NCBI RefSeq assembly: GCF_964355755.1 | Contig: NC_092676.1 | Location: 5,557,888-5,621,887, forward strand | Reading direction: 5' to 3' | DNA: 64,000 nt | DNA from: Antedon mediterranea | Lineage: Eukaryota > Animalia > Echinodermata | In this document: in pieces, positions 52,401 to 63,300 of the stretch | Numbering within the stretch: position 1 is the stretch's first letter | How the letters are laid out: every line of letters begins with the position of its first letter | Made by a program: the position numbers and the translations under genes | Notes under the pieces: model-generated | Databases searched by the model: none | What the model was told of the DNA's origin: nothing | Seen by the model: only the letters and a program-made list of their open reading frames with translations

Positions 52401-53908
52401 GACACAAATACAAAAAAAAGTACAATAATCAAGAGAAAACTAAAAATAACGTCATCTGTCAATAAAACCCCTATCACATTACATTTTACTTATTTACTGC
52501 ACTAAAAAAAAAAGAAATTTTTACTGTGACATTTTATTATTTCTTTTCTTATTTTCAGACTTTCTTCCTTGATGTTAGACCACTGCATTGGCCAACTTAC
52601 CTGGAAAACTATTGTATCGGTACAAAGAAATTTGTACTGAAGGAAAACCTCTCCGATCTACCAGCTGCTAGAAGTCATATTAAAATGTAAGAAATGATTA
52701 CAGTAGAACCTCCAGTAAGGGAACAAATTTGGGACCTAACAAGTTTGCCTTAATAAGCGTAGGCTATTTAGTGTCCAAATATATAATACCTTGTGTCCCC
52801 TTAATAGAGTGTTATAGACTGAATAAGGGTCTCCTTTAATAGACGTGTCCACTGAATTGGGGTGTCCACTGTATAGGGGTGTCCACTGAATAGGTGTGTC
52901 CTCTGAATTGGGGTGTCCACTGAATAGGGGTGTCCACTGAATAGGGGAGTGTTCACTGAATAGGGGAGTGTTCACTGAATAGGGGAGTGTTCACTGAATA
53001 GGGGAGTGTTCACTGAATAGGGGAGTGTTCACTGAATAGGGGAGTGTTCACTGAATAGGAGAGTGTTCACTGAATAGGAGAGTGTTCACTGAATAGGAGA
53101 GTGTTCACTGAATAGGAGAGTGTTCACTGAATAGGAGAGTGTTCACTGAATAGGAGAGTGTTCACTGAATAGGAGAGTGTTCACTGAATAGGAGAGTGTT
53201 CACTGAATAGGAGAGTGTTCACTGAATAGGAGAGTGTTCACTGAATAGGAGAGTGTTCACTGAATAGGAGAGTGTTCACTGAATAGGAGAGTGTTCACTG
53301 AATAGGAGAGTGTTCACTGAATAGGAGAGTGTTCACTGAATAGGAGAGTGTTCACTGAATAGGAGAGTGTTCACTGAATAGGAGAGTGTTCACTGAATAG
53401 GAGAGTGTTCACTGAATGTTAAGTTTCTGTCACAACGTCCCAATGCGTATTAGATAATTTACAGTATTACAGGTTAAAACTTGATAGTGAAACTAGTGCA
53501 AACTGCCATTTATACGGTTAAATAAATGTTTGGGGGGTGTCCTCTTAATGGGGGGTGTCCTCTTAATGGGGGGTGTCCTCTTAATGGGGGGTGTCCTCTT
53601 AATGGGGGTGTCCTCTTAATGGGGGTGTCCTCTTAATGGGGGGTGTCCTCTGAATAGGCGTGTCCTAATGGAGGGGTGCTACATTTGATTTTTTTCTTCA
53701 TTCATTCACTCTTAAAAAAGTAACATTGGTTTTTTTTTCTTTCAGGCTGCGTAATATCCGTTGGACGTGTAACACCGTCTTAGCTGTCATATTATGGCGT
53801 GTACTCATCGCTCGATCGCAACTCGCCCGCAACCTCTGGTATCTCGTCACAAACTTGGTTTTCAAATTTCTTCGCTACTGCCGACTAAGCTCAGCAAAGC
53901 AATCGTAA
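40269..53908 (+). CDS. FAR1: Fatty acyl-CoA reductase 1-like, complete 12-coding-exon gene, ~514 aa
   Basis: join(40269-40457,41123-41298,44185-44257,45090-45196,49623-49845,50283-50401,51049-51116,51533-51611,51733-51822,52197-52326,52559-52686,53746-53908) = 1545 nt. Rossmann motif [13 protein letters not shown], catalytic [16 protein letters not shown], and a C-terminal hydrophobic/basic tail. Confidence 0.95.
41123..41298 (+). CDS. FAR1: FAR1 coding exon 2
   Basis: LFDKLRQ...[14 protein letters not shown]. Confidence 0.94.
42360..42506. mobile_element. Harbinger-like MITE family 1
   Basis: TIRs with TTA TSD. Confidence 0.85.
42646..43271. mobile_element. Kolobok-like non-autonomous element C
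   Basis: TTAA TSD; TIR AGACCCCTTCCCTGC / GTAGGGAATGGGGCT. Confidence 0.72.
44185..44257 (+). CDS. FAR1: FAR1 coding exon 3
   Basis: [24 protein letters not shown]. Confidence 0.9.
44455..44860. repeat. ~88-bp tandem repeat x~4.5 inside a Tc1/mariner-like MITE (~44280-44905)
   Basis: Unit AGTGTTAAAACATATACTGCCCATG...CCCCTTAATAGAGGTGTCCC. Confidence 0.9.
45090..45196 (+). CDS. FAR1: FAR1 coding exon 4
   Basis: [28 protein letters not shown]. Confidence 0.95.
45247..45402. mobile_element. Harbinger-like MITE family 1
   Basis: TIR; abuts a Kolobok-like MITE. Confidence 0.82.
45408..45744. mobile_element. Kolobok-like MITE family A (best copy)
   Basis: TTAA-AGATGTATTGTCCCC...GGGGACAATACATCT-TTAA. 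Confidence 0.88.
46171..48414. mobile_element. hAT-like non-autonomous element with 5-bp TSD
   Basis: Perfect TIR CAGGGCTGCAAATTAA; ATACT on both flanks; GGTAGCAC and GTCGCA subterminal motifs; no transposase ORF. Confidence 0.88.
48480..48626. mobile_element. Small hAT-like MITE
   Basis: CAGTGGCGGATCCAGG ... CTTGAATCCACCCCTG imperfect TIRs. Confidence 0.6.
48899..49526 (-). mobile_element. Decayed Penelope-like remnant with degenerate hammerhead
   Basis: Minus-strand CAGATGA-stem-GAAAC; inverted partial copy at 49481-49526; SNGLN-like remnant. Confidence 0.45.
49623..49845 (+). CDS. FAR1: FAR1 coding exon 5
   Basis: [13 protein letters not shown]...[14 protein letters not shown]. Confidence 0.96.
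50283..50401 (+). CDS. FAR1: FAR1 coding exon 6
   Basis: TGKGLLRSM...[14 protein letters not shown]. Confidence 0.94.
50427..50697. mobile_element. Harbinger-like MITE family 1 with ~7 internal 21-bp units
   Basis: TIRs and (ATATGCTTAAATATGGTAGTG)n. Confidence 0.85.
51049..51116 (+). CDS. FAR1: FAR1 coding exon 7
   Basis: [22 protein letters not shown]. Confidence 0.92.
51533..51611 (+). CDS. FAR1: FAR1 coding exon 8
   Basis: [14 protein letters not shown]. Confidence 0.9.
51733..51822 (+). CDS. FAR1: FAR1 coding exon 9
   Basis: [29 protein letters not shown]. Confidence 0.9.
51885..52157. repeat. ~32-34-bp tandem repeat (AAACTAGTTTTAGCCAGATTAAACCAGAAATT)
   Basis: About 6 copies, interrupted. 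Confidence 0.8.
52197..52326 (+). CDS. FAR1: FAR1 coding exon 10
   Basis: [15 protein letters not shown]. Confidence 0.93.
52559..52686 (+). CDS. FAR1: FAR1 coding exon 11
   Basis: [28 protein letters not shown]. Confidence 0.94.
52845..53417. repeat. 19-bp minisatellite (GTGTTCACTGAATAGGAGA)n
   Basis: About 30 copies, grading from GTGTCCACTGAATAGGG; inside a Tc1/mariner-like MITE starting CAGTAGAACCTC at 52701. Confidence 0.95.
53532..53670. repeat. 17-18-bp minisatellite (GGGGGTGTCCTCTTAAT)n
   Basis: About 7 copies. Confidence 0.92.
53746..53908 (+). CDS. FAR1: FAR1 terminal coding exon 12
   Basis: [32 protein letters not shown]; TAA stop. Confidence 0.94.
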
Positions 53909-56900
53909 ACAATTATTTAAATGTTGACATAGAAACTTTAAAAATTATAAGTCACGCCCTATTTAAATGTATTAATGTTAAAGCGGCGTTCTAAACTTTT
54001 GTTGTTTGTTGAGCTACACTATTTGCCTGGCGTATTAATCTTGGCAACTAAACTTGTATGAATAGCTCCACTTTAAAGTAACTGCCACATTAAGTTTCTG
54101 TCACAACTTCCCAATGCGTATTAGATAATTTACAGTATTACAGGTTAAAACTTGATAGTGAAACTAGTGCAAACTGCCATTTATACGGTTAAAATTCTAT
54201 CCATTTTTTTTTCAAGTTACACCTAGAAATTCAATTATTAGTTCATTAAACTGTGTACTAGTTATACCAGTCTTTCAAATTTTATTTTTTTTAACTTATT
54301 TTCTTTTTTAATTTCAAATTGAGCTTTTTCTTTTGCATTTTTGTATCTTGAATAATGGGTCCATGAATTGTTATACAAACAAAAGTTACTCCAAAATACT
54401 TAAAATTAAAGAACTATATTCAATGATTTGACCAATTAAAATTCAGCATATATGAGTTATGCAAGTCACTATACTCTACTCAATAGCGGTTTTGTTAATT
54501 TTATACGAAAAACTAAAATATTGATATGAAAGCAAGTTTGAAAAATATATATATAAAAGCTAAATTTATACCATTTTTACAATAAGTAAATTTGAAATAG
54601 AATAAATGTTTATTACCTGAAATTGTTTGAGAATGGCTAAAGTTTACACAACAATTTTTAGTTCGTTCTACTGTAAATATTAAAAACAAATCAACTGGTT
54701 CGTTTCTAAAAGTAGTAAACGCTACCACTAATTATTAATAACAAATTTAATCGTGCAATGCACTTTTACGAAACCTAGCATTTTCTTTTAGATTTATTTA
54801 GGAATCATGTCATACTGTAATTATTCTACTGCTGTTACTGCAGTAATACATTTTCTATTCTATTTTCAGTTTGCTTTAATGAAGAAGTTTATGAACAATA
54901 GGTAGTTACTGCAGTAAACTGCAGTTGAATATTTTGACATGGTCCCTTAGTGATTAAATTCATAAATGTGTGTGATTAAACAAAGTAATTTACAATTTTG
55001 TAAATTGATATTGTATTTCAAAACTCTCTCTGCTATTTGAATTTATCGTCAATGTTGGAAGTGAAAGTGTAGATAAAATAATTTTTTTTTCTTTTCAGTT
55101 TTATAAAGGTATTACAATTATTGTTCTAGATTCTGTATAATAACTTTTCAGTTGAGAGCATGTACCATATTGCAACATATGCATACTGTTTTTTTATCAA
55201 ATGTGTTTATTTAGTCAAAGCATTTAGGATTTATTTTGTTTACAATTTTTATCATCAGCTTTTGAATTATTAATTATACCAGCTCTGTGTTGGTGTTTGC
55301 TATGTTCATTAAATATGGACTTTACGAAACACGACGGTTAGAGGAGGACGACACATATCCTGTATTTGCTAAAGTGTAAATCATAAACAGTCGACTTAAC
55401 CGTTTTATTAGTTATGCACCCTTCTTGCGTGAAGATGACGACCGACAGTATATCTCTCTCCCTCCCCTGTCTCGTGGTGCGGTGCCCTTCTGAATCGCTT
55501 GGCTCTGGTGATGCAGCATAAGCCTTCCTAGCTATGGGCCTTATAAAATTCTAAGTACTAGTTAAAATATTATTTAGATTTATTCAAATTCCACATTTAA
55601 GTTTAATTTGAACTGTATATTAAAGGTTATATATACATAAACGGAAAAATGGCAACCTTATCGTCCTCAAATTTCACTCTAAGCTCCGCCCATTTTGTTA
55701 AAGCTCATGCATAAATTACTCGTGATCACCCGTTGTGTTTCCTAAAGTCCTTACTATCTCATTCAATGTGTATTTATATTAGCCGTGTTTTGAGAATGAG
55801 AATATACTTATTTAAAACAAATCTTTATCTACTATATTATTACCCTTGCAGTTGACATTTATTGATGGTGGATAGATAGAAAATATAATATATAAATTGC
55901 AATGTTGACGTATTCCATTGTTACTATTATTATGCTGATAAATTTATAAATGTAGGTACAGTATACAGTAAGTGGGTCTAATAATTTATGTTACAAGTAT
56001 TGGGTTTAATTTCATATTTCACTAGCGATCAAATAAAACGTTATCACGAACACGCGGACGCCAAACTTGTATAAAAGATTTTATAATTTGCAATCGCATA
56101 TTAATACTGTACGTTGGTTTGATTAGGGTAAATGTATAAATGCCTCTACCACTTCAAAGAATGGGACTCTTTTTAAACCAATATTTTGTTTAATAAATAT
56201 TGGAACTACTGATGTGGTAAAACAATTTAGTAAAACCTCTTTAAGATGCCCAAGAGAGTTTAATAGCGGTTCCACTGTAATCAAATTAATTTAATAATGT
56301 ATTATATATTAATTAATAGTGTCGTATGAAGTAGATAAAATTACAAGTATCTACTGATGACATGACTTTTTAATGTATGTATGTTGCTTTTATTAATCTA
56401 CTTGATTCTAACGTTTTTGACCAAATATATAAATTTAGGTACTTTAATAGCCATGTATACCACGAGCATGTTATTTGCTTTTAGCTGGCCATGGTATGAG
56501 AATATTGTTGAGAACCATACTGTATAGTGTATGGTAAAGGAATCGGATTAGCATGCCTGTGCCATATAGCTTGTATACTTTAGGCAAGATACTTTACTCT
56601 CATCCTTTGAATGGAACGTAAAGCTGTTGGTCTTGTTCTTGATCAATGTTATAAAATATACAGTAGTATGGAGGCCTATATTATACTTTATTATTTTTCT
56701 CAATTCCGTCTGAATTTCTAGTGTAATTTTCACATTGTTTCAAAATCGTACTATTTTCTGAAATGGTGTCGCATCTTGAATGGTAGTTCTTTTGAAATAA
56801 AAAATTCATGTTTCCAATGAAGTTGAGTTCTATTTTTATTATTTATTCGAACATAATTTTTAGGTTCGATAGTAGATCTGTTCCATGTGGACACACTCTT

Positions 56901-57279
56901 ATTCAGGGAATACTTTCCTGTTAATAGTGTGGCGAAATAAGTACACTACAAGACAGTCACCCTGATAACACCAAAGATAGTGTTCTTCGATAACACCACT
57001 ATGAAGGGGACACTTTAGAGCTCTGTCTAGACTATCAAACTTTATGTATGTGACAAAAAAATGTAATTGTAATGTGCTCATGGACACGATGACGTCATAT
57101 CACGACCTGTTACGTTTATCAGATATATATGGTGGCAGCAAACAATTATTTCGTTCCACTCCATCGATTTCCCAGGGTGAGGAGGAGATTTCATTTCGGT
57201 GCACCTTTCATTATATTTCGTGCATCCTATTTTTACTTTATAACCTACCAAGAGAGCAGTAACACTAACAGGCTTCAAG

Positions 57280-57303
57280 ATGGGCATTTTTACTGATTTA
57301 GGG
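57280..57303 (+). CDS. CYB5R3: CYB5R candidate first coding exon (MGIFTDLG)
   Basis: Good Kozak context AAG ATG G; phase-0 donor GGG/GTATTG; short first exon as in vertebrate CYB5R genes. Confidence 0.6.
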
Positions 57304-60300
57304 GTATTGTGTTTTATTGCATTAGCTTAAAATATGCTTCAATTCATGTGACTATTAGGCCTATCATTCTAGCCTACCCCTAGCTAGGCCTAAGTATAAA
57401 GCCTAGGCCTAGTTAGTAGGCCGGTGAAACTACTAGTCACGTCAACATACTATGTGTAGATAGGCCGCGCCGATTGCACGGGCGTGCTTTATATAGCTTT
57501 TTGCTGGGTATTGACTTCCAATGGTATAGGTGTGGCGGAACACGACAACGAACATGCCACAATCCGCCCACATGTCATCCATTGGGTTGGGTTGCAGGGA
57601 AAAATTTCATTTCAAAATTTTGTTTAGCAAAATTGCTAATCAAACTGATTTTTTAGTCAAGAAACATAGTTTTGTATTGTATTTTTTGCTACACAATTGT
57701 AGAAATGTGTAGCAAAAAGGTTGTTTTGTATAGCTTTTTGCTATGCTACACTGGCGAAATTATTCCCTGGGTTGGTCTATTTGTAGAAAGCTAACTAATA
57801 ATATCAATAATAATTAAAGAAGAGTTGTAAAAACAGCTTGCAAAATTTCTTTTTCTATAAAAATTTTATTAATTAAAATATTAATCGCGAATATTTATTA
57901 TTAATATGTATTAAAAACGGGTTTTTTTTAGTACCGGCATTATTTATATTTTAGTTTTTATCGGGACATTTTATTATTTCTATTTCAACAGACGTCTGTG
58001 CCGTTTGTGATGGGTGTTGGTGTTATTGTAGGTACAGTGCTCCTAAAGTTTATACTTGGCGGAAGCAAAGAAAAGGGACCTCCAAAGTTACTCCAGGACC
58101 CTAATGTCAAGTATACACTCAGCCTTGCCGACAAGGAGGTAATTATGAATGTATAAAAATGAAATTTGAAATAATGTTTGCAGTCAGGTTAAGGCCAAAT
58201 AAAAAAAAATACTTGTTAAGCGTCACACCCTCATAAATTTTCAGGGGCGGGGGGACGGTTTTTTTTTTTTTTTTTTTTTACTTTTTATGGAGGTATAATT
58301 TTGCGCGATGGACGTTTTGGCCCACTTTTTTTTAGGACGAAATGTCAAACTTTTAAAATGCGAAACCGAACAAAATTGACTATGTATGAAATATTATTGC
58401 CGATGACAAAATTGAGTTTTGTATTGTTTATATCCAGACGTAATTAAAACATTAAATTTAATTTCCACCGAGCGAAATTGTAGGCCCTAGGCTAATCCGT
58501 CCAAGCTGCCACCCCCGCCTCACTCATCGGCGGCCATGGTCCGCCGTCTCTCGCTCGACTCATCTATCCAGGAAATTCCCTATCGCGAGAAGCATGATGT
58601 TGGTCTCAATAATACTAAATTATAGTGGGCTGATTTTGAAAACAGCTTACGGCATTTCTTAAGTGAATTTTTATTCAACGTATTCATTCTTCTTTGATGA
58701 ATCCGTTGCCAATTGCTGTGTAAATCAGTATTTAAAGTTGTGATGCGAAAAGTGTGTGTAATTATTCCACAGGTAAACCAGGCATAAGAAAACGCATCGC
58801 CGCCGGGCCCATCGCCCAACAGGACCCTCGTGGTGTGCCGATCTCGAGCGCGAGATCATCGTAAACAAAATTGGTAGAGTCCATTATGTATGGGGTGTTT
58901 CCTATTTACGAACCTATAAAAAACGCGTTTCGACCACTGTGTAGGCAAAATATTTATTTCAGTAATCCCTAAATTGATAATCGTGTATTCTGTAATCACG
59001 TGACTGATGATGTAATCCTCAGCGACGTACTAAATGCACGTGATTTAATGTGTTGGGGAAAAAGCTTGCTGTTTACCACACATGATTCGCGGTGCTATTC
59101 GCGTTTCCTTGACGTAAATCGGCGGCGTGTAAATGAAACAATTGTTTTCACCAAATTGCCGTTGTCGACATAGAGCGATCGGTGGCTAGCTAGCGTGGCT
59201 AAGCTAAGAAGTACGTATTTTTCAAAAATTACACCAGCCTAGCAAACATTTGCTAGTTTTGAAATTTTCAACTAGAATCTACTAGCAAAATGCTAGTTTG
59301 CTAGCGTGAATTTTGAGCCCTGCTCTGGAGCTGGGCCGGGCCGCTAAACTTTCCGTTGTATATGGGTAAAAAAAAAATAAAAAGAGAGGCGGCTGGATAA
59401 TCAGGAGCGGGCGGTGACGCTTAACAAGTATGTTTTTTTATTTGGCCTAATGTCTAAATATAATAAATATTACAATTTATTTATTTTCATTTGGCTCAAT
59501 AAAATACACTAGCATAAAAAATAACACATAAGTACACAAGATGAGGAAGCTCAAAAATATTATAACTAAATCATTGAGCAGTATAGGAACCTTAAACATG
59601 GGTTTAAAACATTTTTTTTTTTAATGTTAAAATTGATTATAGAAATAGATAAAACAAATTACTCTAGTAGCTAGATCAACTTTCGTATGCACTTTGAGGT
59701 CCAGAGAATTTGACTTCAGAAATTGGTTTAGGGTGGTCAAACAATCATATTTGGCTTGGTTACACATTTTGAAAATGTGGCGAAAGGTCAAAAGGTCAAG
59801 GTGAAAGGTCATAAGACCAAACATAAATATGTCCTTAAATCTCAACAACCACTGGTCACAACGAGGTAATTTTGGTCTTAAATTAATCGGAAGGTATACA
59901 TTTATATTCAGTCTAATGGGACATTTTAGTAAAAAATGACCGGAAATGCCATTTCTGACCTTTGACCCACAACCCAGGGCATGTATGTATCTCCGTAACT
60001 ACTGGTCGTAGACACTTGAATTTGGTTTTAAATTCTTCGAAATATATATTGTGTTATTTGTTACACATTTTGAAAAATGTTACAAAAGGTCAAAGGGTCA
60101 AGGTCAAGGGTTATTTGAACAAATAAAAAAAGGTACTTGTATCTCGGCAACCACTGGTCGCAGCAAGTCAATTTTGGTTTCAAAATGTTCAGAAGGCATG
60201 CATTTATATTCCATCTAATGGGGCATTTTAGTCAAAAATGATCAGAAATGCCATTTCTGACCTTTGACCCACATACCAGGGCATCTTCATATCTCTGTAA

Positions 60301-63300
60301 GTACAGGTCGTAGAAACTTAAATTTGGTATCAAATTGTTCGAAATATACATATTTACATTCATTGTAATAGAAAATGTGGTTAAAAGATGAACAGAAATA
60401 CTATTACTAATGTTTCAAACAAAAAACATATCTACACAACTTATCCTTAGACAGTAATGTTATGCAATAACTGATAATTTAAATTGTTTTAATTTCAAGT
60501 ACTAGTTATTGCTGTCCCCGAGGATATTTTGATAGAAACGTTGAGCTCAACAGTTCTTTTCAGAATGCTAGAAGTAACTTATAATAATAAATAAATGAAA
60601 AACTTATATAGCGCCGGTATCCTCCACCCATGTGGCGCTCATGGCGCTTTGTGCATTAACAACGTGCGAGAACATCAGCGAATAGCGACGTCTTTAGGTT
60701 GGTCTTGAAACTGTTTAGACTAGTTGAGCATTTAACTGTTGCTGGTAAGCTGTTCCATACACTTGCGGCCGCAACGTAAAAAGATCTCTGACCCCACTGA
60801 TTTTTCGCTCTACGCTCTTGAAGAAGGTTTTGTGACAATGATCGTAGGCCTCTGCGGGATGATTCGTAACGATCCACAAGGTCAGATAAATAAGCAGGAG
60901 CACTGTCATTTAGGATCTTGAATACAAACAACGCAAGTTTGTACTTAATACGTTGTTGAACAGGCAACCAATGCAAATCCATCAGGACAGGAGTTATGTG
61001 AGCGTTTGATTTTGTATAAGTTACAATTCTAGCTGCCATATTTTGCAAGCAACTTGCCATATGTATCCGATTAAACGCCCCAGGCATTTATTGTTCAAAA
61101 GGGTTTTTAGGGGGAAAGGAGGAATCTTTATTTGGGGTATAATATGGTAACATGTATAATCAAATAAATACCACCTAGATGTAAAAAAATACTGCACAAT
61201 TAATATAAAAAAGTGATAAAATTATGTCAAAATGCTTGATAAATTGTAGATTATGGTAGTTAATGAAATGTGTTGACGTGATACAATTATTGTGTAAATG
61301 CATGTGGCGGGGCGTTTATTCCACATGGTGTGTTCTATTGGAGGGAATGGTGGCGTTTATTTGAAGGAATACTCTAATTTTAATAATTGTATTTCGTTTC
61401 TCAACTGATAAAAGGTACTTAATACATGATTCGTTTTCCTCTTTATGCTTTTTAACGAAATGTTTCTGTCTTTTAAAATAAAAGTGATAGATTCCATTAA
61501 ATGAATCTTCTCCTCCAGGTGCCAGTATAATGATATAAAACAATGACACATCATTATCCTGACACAATTGCACTCATAATGGATCTTCATTCTATCATCT
61601 ATTTGTTTGTAACTACAAATTTGACAACAATCTTTTGCATAGTTTTAAATGCCAATACATAGTTTCATTAATATTGTACAATATGTCCAGCTTTCCTGAA
61701 AACACCCTTGTGTACTGTAGTACAGTGTTGTAGTATGATTTTATCATGATAAACTTCTGATGCTTTTATTGTCAATGCATTCAGTACCTAAAACATGTCA
61801 AAGTTTCTAGTGGTATTGATAATAAATCTCCAGAAATATATATTGTTTTATTATCTACACTGGGAACAGACGTGTATATGTATAAGTTTTGTCGTTGACA
61901 TTCAAAACTATTATGCAACAGTGTTACGTAATAATGACAATGACTTGGTCTATTATTGTGGTCTCCGATACCTTTTATTACATGATTGTACTTCCACCAG
62001 GATAGAATGAGGTTTAATCTCGTTATTATTCTTATTATATATATATTTTTTTTTTCATATATATATCTGGGGTGTATTTATTAGATTATACATGTTACCA
62101 TTATTACACCCAACAAAATAAACGCCTTCCCTGAATAAATAAATGCCTGAGGCTTTTATTCGGGTAACTACAGTAAATTACTTTTAGCATTCTCAAAATG
62201 TTTGAACGTTCGGGGGTCAACAATACTTTCTAGCATTATTTTAAGCAAAAGTACAATTATTACAAACAGTAAAGGATTTGTTTTAATTCCTATAATGAAA
62301 TTATTAAGCATCAATTATTGCATAACATTACTGTCTAATGATAAGTTGGGTAGATATGTTTTTCATTTAAAAGATTAATAATTAATAGTATTTCTGATCA
62401 TCTTTTATCCAAATTTTCTGTTAGAATGAATGTAAATATGTGTATTTCTAACAATTTGATACCAAATTCTACGACCTGTACTTACAGAGATAAGAAGATG
62501 CCCTGGTATGTATGTCAAAGGTCAGAAATGTCATTTCCGGTCATTTTCGACTAAAATGTTTCATTAGACTGAATATGAATGTATACCTTCTGAACATTTT
62601 GAGACCAAAATTTACTCGCTGTGACCAGTGGTTGCCGAGATACAAATACCTATTTGTGTTTATTCATATAACCCCTGCCTTGACCTTTTGTAACATTGTT
62701 CAAAATGTGTAACAAATAACTAAATGTATATTTCGAACAATTTGAGCCCAAATTCAAGTCTCTACGGCCAATAGTGACGGAGATACAGACATGCCCTGGT
62801 TTATGGGTCAAAGGTCAGAAATGGCATTTCCTGTCATTTTCGACTAAAATGTTTCATTAGACTGAATATGAATGTATACCTTCTGATCAATTTGAGACGA
62901 AAATTACCTCGCTGTGACCAGTGGTTGTCGAGATTTAAGGACATAATGGTGTTTGATCTTATAACCTTTGACCCTGACCTTTTGACCTTTCGCCACATTT
63001 TCAAAATGTGTAACCAAGCCAAAAATGATTGTTTGACCACCCTAAACCAATTTCTGAAGTCAAATTCTCTGGACCTCAAAGTGCATACGAAAGTTGATCT
63101 AGCTACTAGAGTAAATAGAAGTGTTTCATAAATTATATCGACAAACTCCAATCAAAAGCACAGTCCTGTATTTTAATTTTCATAAACTTTTAGTATTAAA
63201 TATTAATCAAATTTTTAGATTTTGAGCCCAGACACCAGACGGTTTAGATTTGCATTGCCATCTGCCCAGCACATCCTAGGCCTTCCTGTTGGTAAGTGCA

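Noticed and set aside
62834-63151. ORFs in the foldback arms (also 59627-59848)
   Set aside because: Mirror-image translations of non-coding inverted repeats
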